Of a stretch of DNA of 64,000 nucleotides, positions 1-13,869 are shown piece by piece. The number at the start of each line of letters is the position of its first letter. Positions within the stretch are counted from its first letter, which is position 1. The stretch comes from Octopus vulgaris. Lineage: Eukaryota. The stretch spans positions 20,088,001 to 20,152,000 of the forward strand of contig OX597826.1 of the NCBI GenBank assembly GCA_951406725.2. Direction: 5' to 3'. The notes under the pieces are model-generated. The model had not been told where the DNA came from, did not search any database, and worked only from the letters and a program-made list of their open reading frames with translations. The position numbers and the translations under genes are program-made.

Positions 1-750
1 AGAAGAGGAAGTGGTAGAGGAAGAGGAAAAGGAAGAGGAGGAGGAGGAGGAGGAAGAGGAAGAGGAGGAGGAGGAGGAAGAATGAAGAAGAAGAAGAAGA
101 AGAGGAAGAGGATGAAGAATAGAGGCATAAGGAGGAGGAGAAGAAGAAGAAGAAGAAGAAGAAGAAGAGGAGGTAGAAGGGGAAAATAAAGAAGAAGAAG
201 AAGAAGAAGAAGAAGAAGAAGAAGAAGAAGAAGAGGAGGCAGAAGAGGAGGATGAGGAAGAAGAAGAAGATGAGGCAGAAGGGGAGGATGAGGAAGAAGA
301 AGAAGAGGAGGCAGAAGGGGAGGATGAGGAAGAAGAAGAGGGGGCAGAAGAGGAGGATGAGGAAGAAGAAGAGGGGGCAGAAGAGGAGGATGAGGAGGAA
401 GAAGAAGAGAAGAGGAGGATGAGGAAGAAGAAGAGGGGGCAGAAGAGGAGGATGAGGAAGAAGAAGAAGAAGAGAGGAGGAGGAGGAGGAGGAGGAGGAG
501 GAGGAGGAGGAAAAGGAAGAAGAAGAAGAAGAAGAAGAAGAAGAAGAAGAAGAGGAGGAGGAGGAGGAGGAGGAGGAAGGGGAAGAAGAAGAAGAAGAAG
601 AAGAAGAAGAAGAGGAGGAGGAGGAGGAGGAGGAAGAAGAAGAAGAAGAAGAAGAAGAAGAAGAAGAAGAAGAAGAAGAAGAAGAAGAAGAAGAAGAAGA
701 AGAAGAAGAAGAAGAAGAAGAAGAAGAAGAAGAAGAAGAAGAAGAAGAGG
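1..750. repeat. Polypurine (GAA/GAG)n low-complexity array
   Basis: Almost pure A/G triplets with recurring GAGGAGGCAGAAG units; same motifs occur inverted at about 3800-4520. Confidence 0.95.
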
Positions 751-754
751 AGGA

Positions 755-1225
755 TGCTCTAGTTAGTCTTAAATCTGACTTCTTCTCACTTACTACTTCT
801 TTCCTCCCTTTCTTTAACCAAACTGCATCTTCATTATAATTGACTGGCTCATCCCAAATATTACTCCAGTGTCTCATCTTCAGTACCTTCTTCTCCACTA
901 CTTTTGCTTATTAAATTTCCTCTAATCTGTCTCAATTAATCTATTCTGTTGATACTGATGTATTCTTTTCTGATATCTGGAAAGCTTACCTGCTGCTCTT
1001 ATGATACGCAGTTTCAATGGTCCTATGACGGTCCCAAATCCTTCCTCCTTGACTAAGTGTCTCTTCTCAAGAGAAGATTTAAATCTTGTGTTTCCCAGTT
1101 TGTTCAGTTTCCAGGCTTCTTTTCTCCTCGAATCTTGTCTTAAAGTCTTCAATTAATTTTGTAGTTTCCTTTTTCAAATTTGCTCTTTTCTAATCTTACC
1201 TTATGGAATATCTAATCTTCAAGTA
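755..1225 (-). mobile_element. Dong/R4-like RLE non-LTR retrotransposon fragment (pre-RT region)
   Basis: Minus-strand translation KLSRYQKRIHQYQQNRL...WSNIWDEPVNYNEDAVWLKK resembles the region just upstream of R4/Dong RT. Confidence 0.7.
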
Positions 1226-1227
1226 AC

Positions 1228-1935
1228 TCCTCCTCCTCCCCCGCCCCCTTCTTGCTCCTCTTCCTCCTCTTCCTCCCAAACCCCCTTCCTCCACTTCCCC
1301 CTTCCTACTCTACCTCCCCTTCCTCCTCTGCCTCCTCTTCTTCCTCTTCTTCCCCCTCTTCCTCCTCTTCTTCCCCTTCCTCCCCTTCCTCCTCCCCATC
1401 CTCTTCTTCTTCTTCCCCTTCCTCCCCTTCCTCCTCCCCATCCTCCTCTTCTTCTTCCCCTTCCTCCTCTTCTTCTTCTTCCCCTTCCTCCCCTTCCTCC
1501 TCCCCATCCTCCTCTTCTTCTTCCCCTTCCTCTTCTTCTTCTTCTTCCCCTTCCTCCCCTTCCTCCTCCCCTTCCTCCTCCCCATCCTCCTCTTCTTCTT
1601 CCCCTTCCTCCTCTTATTCCTCCTCCCCTTCCTCTTCTTCTTCTTCTTTCCCTTCCCCTTCCTCTTCCTCTTCTTCTTCTTCTTCCCCTTCCCCTTCCTC
1701 TTCTTCTTCTTTCCCTTCCCCTTCCCCTTCCTCTTCTTCTTCTTCCCCTTCCTCTTCCCCTTCTTCTTCTTCTTCTTCTTCCCCTTCCCCTTCCCCTTCC
1801 ACTTCTTCTTCCCCTTCCTCTTCTTCTTCTTCTTCTTCTTCTTCCCCTTCCCCTTCCCCTTCCACTTCTTCTTCCCCTTCCTCTTCTTCTTCTTCTTCTT
1901 CTTCTTCGTCCCCTTCCGCTTCTTCTTCCATTTCC

Positions 1936-1967
<32 letters not shown>

Positions 1968-4696
1968 CTCCCCTTCTTCTTCCTCTTCTGCCTCCTCTTC
2001 TTCTTCTTCTTCTTCCTCCTCCCCTTCTTTTTCCTCTTCTGCCTCCTCTTCTTCTTCTTCTTCTTCCTCCTCCCCTTCTTTTTCCTCTTCTGCCTCCTCT
2101 TCTTTTTCTTCTTCTTCCTCCTCCCCTTCTTCTTCTTCTTCTGCCACCTCCTCTTCTTCTTCTTCTTCTTCTTCTTCTTCTTCTTCCTCCTCCTCATCTT
2201 CTGCCTCCTCTTCTTCTTCCTCCTCCTCATCTTCTGCCTCCTCTTCTTCTTCTTCTTCCTCATCCTCCACTTCTGCCTCCTCTTCTTCTTCTTCTTCTTC
2301 TTCTTCCTCATCCTCCACTTCTGCCTCCTCTACTTCTTCATCCTCCTCTTCTTCTTCATCCTCCTCTTCTTCTTCTTCTCCTTCTGCCTCCTCTTCTTCT
2401 TCATCCTCTTCTTCTTCTTCTTCTTCTCCTTCTGCCTCCTCTTCTTCTTCTTCTTCCTCTTCTTCTTCTTCTTCTCCTTCTGTCTCCTCTTCTTCTTCAT
2501 CCTCCTCTTCTTCTTCTTCTCCTTCTGCCTCCTCTTCTTCTTCATCCTCCTCTTCTTCTTCTTCTTCTTCTCCTTCTGCCTCCTCTTCTTCTTCTTCTTC
2601 CTCTTCTTCTTCTTCTTCTCCTTCTGCCTCCTCTTCTTCTTCATCCTCCTCTTCTTCTTCTTCTTCTCCTTCTGCCTCCTCTTCTTTCTTCCTCCTCTTC
2701 TTCTTCTTCTTCTTCTCCTTCTGCCTCCTCTTCTCTTCATCCTCCTCTTCTTCTTCTTCTTCTCCTTCTGCCTCCTCTTTTTCTTCCTCCTCTTCTTCTT
2801 CTTCTTCTCCTCCTCCTTCTGCCTCCTCTTTTTCTTCCTCCTCTTCTTCTTCTTCTTCTTCTTCTCCTTCTGCCTCCTCTTTTTCTTCCTCCTCTTCTTT
2901 CTCTTCTTCTTCTTCTTCTTCTTCTCCTTCTGCCTCCTCTTCTTCTTCATCCTCCTCTTCTTCTTCTTCTTCTCCTTCTGCCTCCTCTTCTTCTTCCTCA
3001 TCCTCATCTTCTGCCTCCTCTTCTTCTTCTTCTTCTTCCTCATCCTCATCTTCTGCCTCCTCTTCTTCTTCTTCTTCTTCTTCTTCCTCATCCTCCACTT
3101 CTGCCTCCTCTACTTCTTCATCCTCCTCTTCTTCTTCATCCTCCTCTTCTTCCTCTTCTCCTTCTGCCTCCTCTTCTTCTTCAACCTCCTCTTCTTCTTC
3201 TTCTTCTCCTTCTGCCTCCTCTTTCTTCCTCTTCTTCTTCTTCTTCTTCTCCTTCTGCCTCCTCTTCTTCTTCATCCTCCTCTTCTTCTTCTTCTTCTCC
3301 TTCTTCCTCCTCTTCTTCTTCATCCTCCTCTTCTTCTTCTTCTTCTCCTTCTGCCTCCTCTTCTTCTTCATCCTCCTCTTCTTCTTCTTCCTCCTCTGCC
3401 TCCTCTTCTTCCTCCTCTTCTTCTTCTTCTTCTTCTTCTCCTCCTCCTTCTGCCTCCTCTTTTTCTTCCTCCTCTTCTTCTCTTCTTCTCCTTCTGCCTC
3501 CTCTTTTTCTTCCTCCTCTTCTTCTTCTTCTTCTTCTTCTTCTTCTTCTTCTGCCTCCTCTTTTTCTTCCTCCTCTTCTTTCTCTTCTTCTTCTTCTCCT
3601 TCTGCCTCCTCTTTTTCTTCCTCCTCTTCTTTCTCTTCTTCTTCTTCTTCTTCTTCTCCTTCTGCCTCCTCTTTTTCTTCCTCCTCTTCTTTCTTCTTCT
3701 TCTTCTTCTCCTTCTTCTCCTTCTGCCTCCTCTTTTTCCTCCTCCTCTTCTTCTTCTTCTTCTTCTTCTTCTGCTTCTTCTTCTGCCTCCTCTTCTTCTT
3801 CTTCTTCTTCTTCCTCACCCTCATCTTCTGCCTCCCCTTCTTCTTCATCCTCCTCTTCTTCTTCTTCTCCTTCTGCCTCCTCTTTTTCTTCCTCCTCCTC
3901 TTCTTATTCTTCTTCTTCTCCTTCTGCCTCCTCTTTTTCTTCCTCCTCCTCCTCTTCCTCTTCTTCTTCTTCTTCTCCTTCTGCCTCCTCTTTTTCTTCT
4001 TCCTCTACTTCCCCTTCTTTTTCTTCTTCTTCTTCTTCTCCTTCTGCCTCCTCTTTTTCTTCTTCCTCATCTTCCTCTTCTTCTTCTTCTTCTGCTGCTT
4101 CTCTTTCTGCCTCCTCTTCTCCTTCTTCTTCTGCTCCTCTTTCTGCCTCCTCTTCTTCTTCTTCCTCATCCTCCACTTCTGCCTCCTCTTCTTCTTCATC
4201 CTCTTCATCCACTTCCTCCTCCTCTTCTTCTTCTTCTTCTTCTTCTTCTTCCTCTTCCCCTTCTTCCTCCTCCTCCGCTTCTTCTTCTTCTACTTCTCCT
4301 TCCTCCTCTTCTTCATCCACTTCTTCATCCTCTTCCTCATCTTCTTCTTCATCCCCTTCTTCATCTTCTTCTTCTTCTTCTCCCTATCCGCTTCTTCTTC
4401 TTCTTCCTTCTCTTCCTCTTCCTCTACCACTTTTTCTTCCTCTTCCTCCTCCACTTCCTCTTCGTCCTTCTCTTCCTCCTCCTCCTCCTCCTCTTCCTCT
4501 TCCTCTACCACTTCCACTTCTTCTTCCTCCTCCACTTCCTCTTCCTCTACCACTTTTTCTTCCTCTTCTTCCTCCACTTCCACTTCCTCTTCCTCTACCA
4601 CTTCCTCTTCTTCTTCCTCCTCCACTTCCTCTTCTTCCTCCACTTTATCTACCTCCTCCTCCTCCCCTTCCTCTTCCACTTCCTCTACCTCCTCCT
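1228..4696. repeat. 3.5-kb polypyrimidine (TCT/TCC)n array with higher-order ~45-50 bp units
   Basis: Repeating CCTTCTGCCTCCTCTTCTTCTTC units; the long ORFs here are low-complexity artefacts. Confidence 0.95.
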
Positions 4697-5165
4697 TAAA
4701 TTTGTCTTTTGTTACACAATTTTCAGTTTTGATGCCGCCAGCCTTCTTCGTATGTTTCAACAATGACTCCACGGCATTTTTATATACCGCCCTAAGCTGT
4801 TTTCCTCCGCTTCGGTACAGTCCTGGCAACTGATCAAACCTCTCCCACCCTTTCTTCTGGACAAGTACGGCCTATTGGTGTCACTCTTAAGGTGGAAGGC
4901 TCCTTGTACTGTCAACATTTTCCTGGTCTTGGTATCCATCTTTATCACTTCTTTTGCTATTTTATAATTGCCGCTCCATACCAAAGTTATGCTATCACCC
5001 ACTTATTAACTGCTTGGATTTTATTCCATCCAGTCAATGTTGAGCGCAGCACCAACCTCAGTCTTTGGAAATACTCCACCCTCAGTTGCTCTTTTATTTC
5101 CTTTTTCATTATCTCGTTGGACACTAGTACACCAAGATATTTGTATCCTGAGTCCAAATTCCATT
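4697..5165 (-). mobile_element. Dong/R4-like LINE fragment (post-RT region)
   Basis: YKYLGV...EYFQRLRLVLRS.L.GWNKIQAVN; KMDTKTRKMLT...H.KSD...YLSRRKGGRGL. Confidence 0.8.
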
Positions 5166-5209
5166 CTAATATCAGTAATAAAACAGTGGACCGTGTTTTA
5201 TTACTGATA

Positions 5210-7024
5210 AGTGGAGTAAACAAGTAAACATGATGGTTATGGAGTGTTACTACCGGAGAACCCTAGTGGATGCGAATGGCGTGCCTGTCAGAACACGAAT
5301 GCACAGTGCATGGAAGGCAATGGATCTGAGTTGATTTTTTTAATCAAAAGTTTGTTTGCGTTTTCCCCAACAACGAGAGAACACAACAGAGTACGGCGAC
5401 GCTCATGTGTGAGAGAGGGGTGTGTGAAAATGAGGAGTATCCGCAAACGTTAATAAGAGAGAGTGCGAGTGCGGCAAGCTATGGCTAAGGGCCCAACATC
5501 AGATTTAGTTTAAGGGTACTGGTTAAAGAAATTTAGTAGCTTACATGGGAGCTGAGGGAACAACTTCATGATTGCCTTAATGGAGGAATAATACCAGATC
5601 GGATAACTAGAGGGAGAACAGTATTTCTTATGAAAGACAAAAGCAAGGGTAATACAACTAGCAATTATAGACCAATCTTTTGCTTACCATTAGTGAGGAA
5701 GCTGTTAATAGGAATGCTTTCAGAAAGTATTTACGAGACCTTGAAAGCCAGAATTTATTGCCAAAAGAACAGAATGGCTGAAGGAGGAGGGCTAGAGGAA
5801 CGCATAATATATTATACATAGACAAAGCAGTTCTAAATGAAGTAAAATCTAGAAAGAAAAATCTAACAATAGCATGGATAGATTATAAGAAGGCCTATGA
5901 TGTGATCGCCCACTTATGGATAAGTGAATGTTTGAGTATATACAGTATTGCAGACAACAAAAGAGAAGGAATTAGCTTTAACTTGAATAAATGGAAAGTA
6001 GAGCTCTACTCAGGCGACACAGTATTAGGGAAAGTTAATGTCAAGAGAAGAATTTTCCAAGGAGACTCGTTATTTGTCTTATGTTTGATCCCCCTCAGTT
6101 TAGTATTAAGGCAGGGTACCAGTTCAGAGATAGTAAGGGGAAAATTAACGATTTGCTCTACATGGATGATCTGAAGTTTTTTAGTAAGATTGAAAAAGAG
6201 ATAGATTCCATAATACAGACTGTAAGACTTTTCAGCAAAGATATAGGCATGGAATTTGGCAGAAATAAATGTGCAATATTAGTCATGAAAAGTGGACAGG
6301 TAATCGATAGTGAAGGCATCCAATTATCAGATGGCCAGACATTAAAATCATTGAAAGAAGGAGAGAGTTATTAGTATCTAGGAGTATTAGTATCTGACAG
6401 AGTACTAACTATTGAAATGAAAATGAAAATTGAGGAGTACATCAGAAGGGTGAGGAAGCTAATGAAGTCAAAGCTAACTGGTCCGAATCTAATGAAGGCT
6501 GTTACTCAGCAGCTTTTGTAGAAGCGAGTAATACACTAGAAGTTATGTAGAAAGCTAGGATTTAACCATTCTGATAAATGGTATGAACATGAGTCTAGTA
6601 AAGTACTAGAAAGTAAGAAATATAAGATATTGTGGGTTTTTAACACTCAGACTGACAGAGTAACAGATGCTAGAAAGCCTGATGGTGCCAGATAATTGAC
6701 TGTACAGTTTTTCAAATGATGAAAAAATCGATATGAGGGGTATAGAGAAGATAGCAAAATACTAGGACCTAACCACTGAATTACAATGACTATGGACAGT
6801 GCGGGTAAAATGTATCCCAGCAGTTATAGGTACAGTAGGAACTATCCCTAAAGAATTGAACAGATAGGTGGAGGAAATAGGCATAAAACCCAGTCTAGTA
6901 CAGCTCCAGAAAACAGTGTTGTTAGGCACAGCTAAGACACTTACGAGGGTTCTTGGCATGTAAGGTTACTTGTTGTAGCCTGATGTTAAGAAGTTTTCTT
7001 TCTCAACAGTCTAATCTGTTGTGC

Positions 7025-7025
<1 letters not shown>
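5210..7025 (+). mobile_element. Degenerate Dong/R4-like RLE LINE (N-terminal piece, RT, RLE endonuclease) ending in (TAA)n
   Basis: WSKQVNMMVMECYYR; NYRPI.CLP; WIDYKKAYD; IFQGDSL; LLYMDDLK; KWYEH...RKPD...LQKTVLLGTAKTL; multiple stops, frameshifts and an internal deletion. Confidence 0.88.
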
Positions 7026-7431
<406 letters not shown>

Positions 7432-7454
7432 CAACCCATTATGCCCGTTTGATT

Positions 7455-8224
7455 GCTTGTTAATCGACCCATCATGTCTGTTTGATTCCAGGATCGTTGA
7501 GAAAGAGAAAGAAAAACAAAAAGGTACAGTTCCTTAAGATTTGAAATTGGAATAATTTGTAGCATGAGAACAGTAAAGTTGGTGCCTATTATAATTGATG
7601 CGCTGGGAACAGTAAGCCAAGATATAGACAAACGGCTGAGGGTGATTGAAACAGAATGTCCCGTAGAGCTCCTGCAGAACGTTTGTCTTTTAGGGACAGC
7701 AAAGATTATCAGGAGGGTCCTAAGCACTTGAAAGACTGCCGAAAACTTGTGGATACCTATAAATCCGACCAGGAATAAGACCGAACCTGAGCCAAACGAA
7801 AATAACAACAACAACAACAACAATAATAATAATAATGTGTATGAATGACCTGAAATTATTTGGCAACACTAGACTGCTAGAGTTGCGACTGACGACATTG
7901 ATATGAAGTTTGGAAGAGGTAAATGTCAGGAGTTAAACTCCCAGATGAAGCATTAATCAAAGCAATGAATGAAGGTGCCAATACTCAGGTTTATTGAAGT
8001 CAGATAAAATTCTCTGCCAGGAAATGAAGAAAGTAAGGAATGAATATTTCTGGGAGGTAAAAAGGTATTAACCCGAAAAATTAATGGATGGAAAATCGTT
8101 TCAGCAGTTTACACATGGAGGGTGTTTCTAATACGGTATTCTGCTGCTTTCCTGAACTGGACTACGAAAGAACTAAGAAACACATACCGTAAAACCAGAA
8201 AGATAATGGTCATGATTAGGTCAT
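7455..8224 (+). mobile_element. Two further Dong/R4-like fragments (RLE 3' end about 7455-7800; RT piece about 7838-8224)
   Basis: LIDPSCLFDSRIVEKEKEK...VPIIIDALGTV...LLQNVCLLGTAKII; decayed YMDDLKLF-like motif and RKTRKIM; adjoin (AAT)/(AAC) tracts. Confidence 0.75.
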
Positions 8225-8226
8225 TA

Positions 8227-8484
8227 CGAGGTGGTATGGAAAAGTTGCCAGACTAGTTCTCTAGCGCACCAACTGATGGCAGTAGACGGTTGCGTGCGCA
8301 GCGAGAGCTAGCAGTGACCTTCATGAAGCAGGGTGCCGAATGACATCGCTGTCATTTGTGTTTTTGTGATCACGTGCATGGTGTGGTCTGCGATTTCTAA
8401 ACATAAACATGTATATAGGTGAAACAAAGAGCCCACGTGAAATTTTGCATTGAACTTGGTAAGTCTGCGACATAGACATTGAGC
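8227..8484 (+). mobile_element. mariner 5' fragment
   Basis: TA|CGAGGTGGTATGGAAAAGTT TIR-like start; KQRAHVKFCIELGKSAT resembles the mariner N-terminal HTH. Confidence 0.65.
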
Positions 8485-8606
8485 AGGTCGCGGTCTCAAA
8501 GCGACGAAAATATTTTGGTAAATGAAATTTAAATGTTGAAGTGAATCTAACGGTTTTTGTGTGTTTCTTAAATGGCTTATAAACACCTACCACGCTGCAA
8601 TTGTTT
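8483..8606 (+). repeat. 5'-truncated copy of the hammerhead-led repeat at 13862-14150
   Basis: About 120 bp nearly identical to 13882-14003; followed by (TA)n. Confidence 0.85.
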
Positions 8607-8759
8607 ATATATATATGATGATGATGATGAAACCGCGTGGCTTATTAGTTAGGGTATTCTGTTCATAGTTGTAAGGTCAATTCCTGGCGGTACGTTAGAT
8701 TAGCTAGAACGTTCGCTGTCGTGACCGACGAAGTGCCAGATTTTTAGTATGTGTATGAT

Positions 8760-8803
<44 letters not shown>

Positions 8804-8845
8804 ATCATACACAATCATATATATATGTATATATACAATCATACA

Positions 8846-8869
<24 letters not shown>

Positions 8870-8880
<11 letters not shown>

Positions 8881-10697
8881 ATACTAAATATACATAAGTG
8901 AAGGCTAAAACAATACTTAAATTATTAAATACTTTAAAATTAAATAAAATACACAAAGCTAGTACAAGTCATCATTAGATAATATTCCTATACCATCTAG
9001 AAAAGAATATATTTTAAAACTTATTAATAATATTAAAGATTTTATTAATAGAATTAAATGGAAAGCCTACTATTTTAATAGTAACAACATTAATGATGCA
9101 GATACTTATAATTACATTAATTCTAAATTCAAATCTAGAAAAGAACCCCCATATAATAGAGAAATACAGATTTTAGAGGATAATATTTGGAAGGTGACAA
9201 ATATTAAATTTCATAAATAACCTAATAAACATAACGAATATTTAAGAAATTTAGCTATTAAAGTTAAAGAAATGCGAAATATGGAAGGTATCATAGTAGA
9301 ATCAGATAAAACCAAGAACCTCTACAAAATAGATATTAAATTTATTGATTTCCTATTAAAAAAAAGAAATATATAAAAAATATAAAATTGTTCCAGAAAA
9401 TACACTCTATAATATAAATAAAGCCTCTAAATTAATAATGATGAAATATAATTTGGATAATAAAACTTAACCTTACGTTCCTAGAATAACTTTGAAAGAT
9501 CATAAAGAAAGTTATTCCTAGAATAACTTTGAAAGATCATAAAGAATTTTTTTTACTCTGACCCTAAGGTTAGATTGATTTGTCCATGTAAATCTGATTT
9601 AGGTAAATTAAGTAAAATTATTCTGGATAAATACATTTATAGGTTAAATGAATTGAATTACCTTAAACTTTGGAACTGTACTAATGATACTTTAAAATGG
9701 TTTCATAATACTAACGATAAAAATAAATCTAAATTCATTCAAATTGATATAGATAATTATTATTATTCTATTAATGAGATCGAACTTAATAAAGCCCTTA
9801 TATTTGCTATTAATAAGGTAGGAATGACTATAGATGAAGTTAATGTGATTAAAATGGCTAGGAAATCGTTAATTAAATATATTAATAAATTATGGGCTAG
9901 GAAAGATACTAGAAACTTTTTTGATATACATATGAGGGCACCAGATTCTGCTCAGGCTACTGATTTAGTAGGTATTTATTTATTATCAGAACTTCAATTT
10001 GAAAATTTAAATTTGGAGGGTGGTGTATACAGAGGTGACCTTTTATTACTTACCAGGATTGTACTAATAGAAAATTAGAATTATATAAAAAGAAACTATA
10101 TAATTTCTTTAAAAGAAATGGTTTAAGTATTACTATATATAATGAGAACTATAATGTTAATTATTTGAATGTTAACTTTAATTTAATAACGGGTAAAACC
10201 CAACCATTCCATAAAATTAATGAAAATCTTAGATATATTAATGCTTATAGTAATCATCCACCTTATGTTAAAAAATCGTTGATAAATAACGTAGGCATTA
10301 CTTTCTTATGATTTAGAGACTTTTAATAAGCATGCACCTTATTATAATAAAGCCCTTAATGAGGCTGGATACAATAATAATATTAAATTCTTTAATATTT
10401 GTAGACGTAATTATAATTTAAAAGATAATTATTTTAATGATTTTTATAATGATAAACATAATTGTCTGTGCTATGATAATTCTTATTTAGGTACTTAACG
10501 TCTTAATAATAATAGGAATTTTGATGATGGAAATCTTAAATTTGATATTAGAATAAAAAATAAAAACTATAGTAATAATAATAAAAATAAAAATATAAAT
10601 AAAAATGCGATTAAATTTAATTCAGTTAATGACGATAATAAATTTAATAATATTGTAAATAATTATAGTAATAATAATGATAGTTATAATAATAATT

Positions 10698-10785
<88 letters not shown>

Positions 10786-11237
10786 GTTTGCTTATTGATC
10801 GACATGAGCATCCCCTGTGATCATAATATCTCAGCGAAAGAGTTTGACAAGCTCAGAAAATATAAAGACCTACTCATTGAAATTGAGAAAATGTGGCATC
10901 TCAAGGCGGTTACAATACCAGTGATCGTAGGAGCACTAGGAATGATCAAGAAGGGAACCGAAAATTATATGAGAATGATCCCTGGCTTACCATCCCTGCA
11001 AGAAGTGCAAAAGATTGTCTTAACTGGTACATCACACGTATTGAGAAGAGCTTTGTCGATGTGAGAACTGTTGCTGCTCATGTATTTTAATTTAACTTTA
11101 AAAAAAAAAAAAAAAAATGAACGAACTATTGAGTTTGGTTTAATGGCCTACCAATGTATACTATGAGTTTCTTTGCCCTAGGAGTCGGGAAGACACTCGG
11201 CAAGAAATGGAAGCAAATTTGAAAGAAGAAGAAAAAA

Positions 11238-11299
<62 letters not shown>

Positions 11300-12104
11300 T
11301 ATAATCATAATATAAAAGATATAAATAAGAATAAAATTTGGTTAATCATTCCTTTTGGGACTCAGGTTAAAACAAATCTTATAAAAGAGATTTTACATAT
11401 AACTGAAGTATTTATTAGAGATAATAAAAAATATTATAATATTTTTTCTAAAGATTATTTGGGAGTAGGTTATTCAACTACTAATAATGTTGGTAATATT
11501 ATTTCTTCATGTAATATTTTTTGAACTCAAAGAAATTTTATAAAGATAGATTAAATATTAATTCTAATTATAATAATAAAGACCACGAGTTGATTTATTG
11601 TACATATAGGGACAAGTCTACATGTAAATTGAAAAATTATTCTAATTTAGATAATTTAGATAGTAGGTGTAGGGTAACTATAATAGATGATAAGAATTTG
11701 AATCATCGTAATTTAAATACTATTTATATAGGGTCTACTTCAAATAAAATTAAAAATAGAATTTCCCAACATATGATTGATTGATTCTAGTATCAGCTCA
11801 TGAGCTGTGGCCATGCTGGGGAACCGCCATGTATTCTTTTAGGAATAAAAATCTTATAAATTCAACAGGTCTCAGTAAATATATTTGGGACCTTATATTT
11901 AGATCTAGTAAATATAAATTAAATTGGGATATTATTTGTAGGGCTAAATCATATAATATAGGGAGTAATAGTTGTTCTCTTTGTAATAACGAATTTAGGG
12001 AAATATTATTTCATATCAATTGTGCATTAATAAACTCTTTAGACGAACGTAAAATTAAATGTAAACATAAATTAAAGTACCTTTATAATAGATTTAAATG
12101 TTAA
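8870..12104 (+). mobile_element. Penelope-like element (RT + GIY-YIG), degenerate
   Basis: RIKWKAY; RITLKDHKE...RLICP.KSDLGKLSK; DIDNYY.SI; YRGD (YRDD remnant); Y.NAYSNHPP; IYIGST...KNR..QH; LSKYIW...C.LC. Confidence 0.85.
10785..11237 (+). mobile_element. 5'-truncated Dong/R4-like LINE nested in (TAA)n inside the Penelope ORF
   Basis: Open RLE C-terminus IDMSIPCD...KEFDKLRKYKDLLIEIEKMWH...IPVIVGALG; (TAA)n on both sides. Confidence 0.88.
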
Positions 12105-13869
12105 ATAAATAATTATATTATTTTCAAATAAATATTATAGTAATATAAATTATTTTCAACATAATATATATGTATTTGATTTGATTATTTATTATTTAGA
12201 CTTTAAATCTATTGTAAATATTCTTTTAAATTAAATGATATTTTAATTTTATGTACTTATATATTACATTTAACTTATCTTTTGTATTATTAAACCTTAT
12301 TTTGTCTTTTGTGGCTTATTTATTTTATTGTAGATATTATTTAATAGTATTAGAGCATTTTATACTGTTTTATTATAAGTTATATTAATATTTTCTACAT
12401 AATGACGAATAGTATTTGTTGACGGTGAGTTTGAGATGAGTTTTGGGCTTCATGTGTTGGAGACTATGGGAAGGGTTGAATGGTTGGGGTATAAGTCGGC
12501 TGTGGATTAATTTGGCGTTAGTTGGCAGTTTGATGTAAATTGGATTTTGGTAGTGATGATAATAATTATGTTGATAATTATAATATTAATGATAACAATA
12601 TTTATAATCGCGTACGGATTGTTGTAGGGTCCGGGTAGTGTTGATGAACAGGTAATACTTAATGTACTATTTTTACTATTTTTATTAATTTTATTTGATT
12701 CATGAAGTTTAGATAATTCCCGTATTTCATTAATAAATTCCTTTTAGCCTTTTTCATTTATAGTTTTTATTCTATTTTTCCACGAGTTTTTTTCTTATAG
12801 ACGCTAAGAACTATTCTTTACGTTTATAATCGTTCTTTTCTCCGTTTCCTTTGAATTTTGTTTTATTTTGGGATTAATGTTTAGCTGTGGTTAATTTTGT
12901 TATTGATATATTAATACGTGTCTGTTAGTTTTAGTTGGGTGTCTTCATATTAGTTTCTAAATAAGTTGTGTTTTTCTCACATTTCTTTAGTTCATGAGGC
13001 TTTAATGTTTTTCGTTTTTTCGTATTTTTCATTGATAAAAAAATTTTTGCCATTTTCATTGAGTATTTATTCTATTTCTTTGCACTAAGTCTCCACGCGA
13101 TAAATTTTATAAACGCTTTAACTATTTTGCTTTAAAAATTAGTTACTCTTTCACTTCGCAAAGCTAAGTTTGACATTCTATCGTTTCTCTATTTCATTGT
13201 GTGTTTGAAATATTATTATTATTTATTTATAGTTTCTTGATAGTATTTTTTACGTTCGATATTGGATATGTTATCCATTAATTATTATAAAAGATTTTAA
13301 CGTTTTACATATTATTTAATTGAGAATTAATATTGTTAGACTATATTTCTTTTAATAATTAGATAATATTTTCATTAAATAGTATTATTTTTAAATAAAC
13401 TAGTTTTAATTTTAATATAAAGTTTATGTTTAACTTTTTTATCGTGTGATATATTAAATCTATGGATATTATACATGGGTATTAATATAACTAGTTTATA
13501 TAATGGATTTGAGTATATTTGTACTATTTCAAATTTTTGATTGTATTATTCATGAAGAGGAATTATATTGAGTATATTAATTAGATGCTAAAACATATTA
13601 ATACATTTAAAATCCAGATAGATTACTTAATCGTTGAACTTAGTAATTTAATCTGTTTATCAATATTAGTTAGATCTTGTTATTATGTTGAGTTTGATCG
13701 TTGTTATTATTGTTATTGTTATTGACTGGTTTTGTATAGGACTGGTGATTGTGATTGTACATCTTCATAGTATATTGTTTCTTTGGTTCTAATATTTTTG
13801 CACCTTTCTTTAATTTGGGGGTTGATAGGTTTTCTTACTTTCCATTAATATATTGATGCATCACGAAGC

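Noticed and set aside
1252-4833. 1193-aa Ser-rich and 744-aa Glu-rich (RPGR ORF15-like) ORFs
   Set aside because: Stop-free only because of two-letter composition; frames shift within the array; flanked by LINE fragments with no splice context
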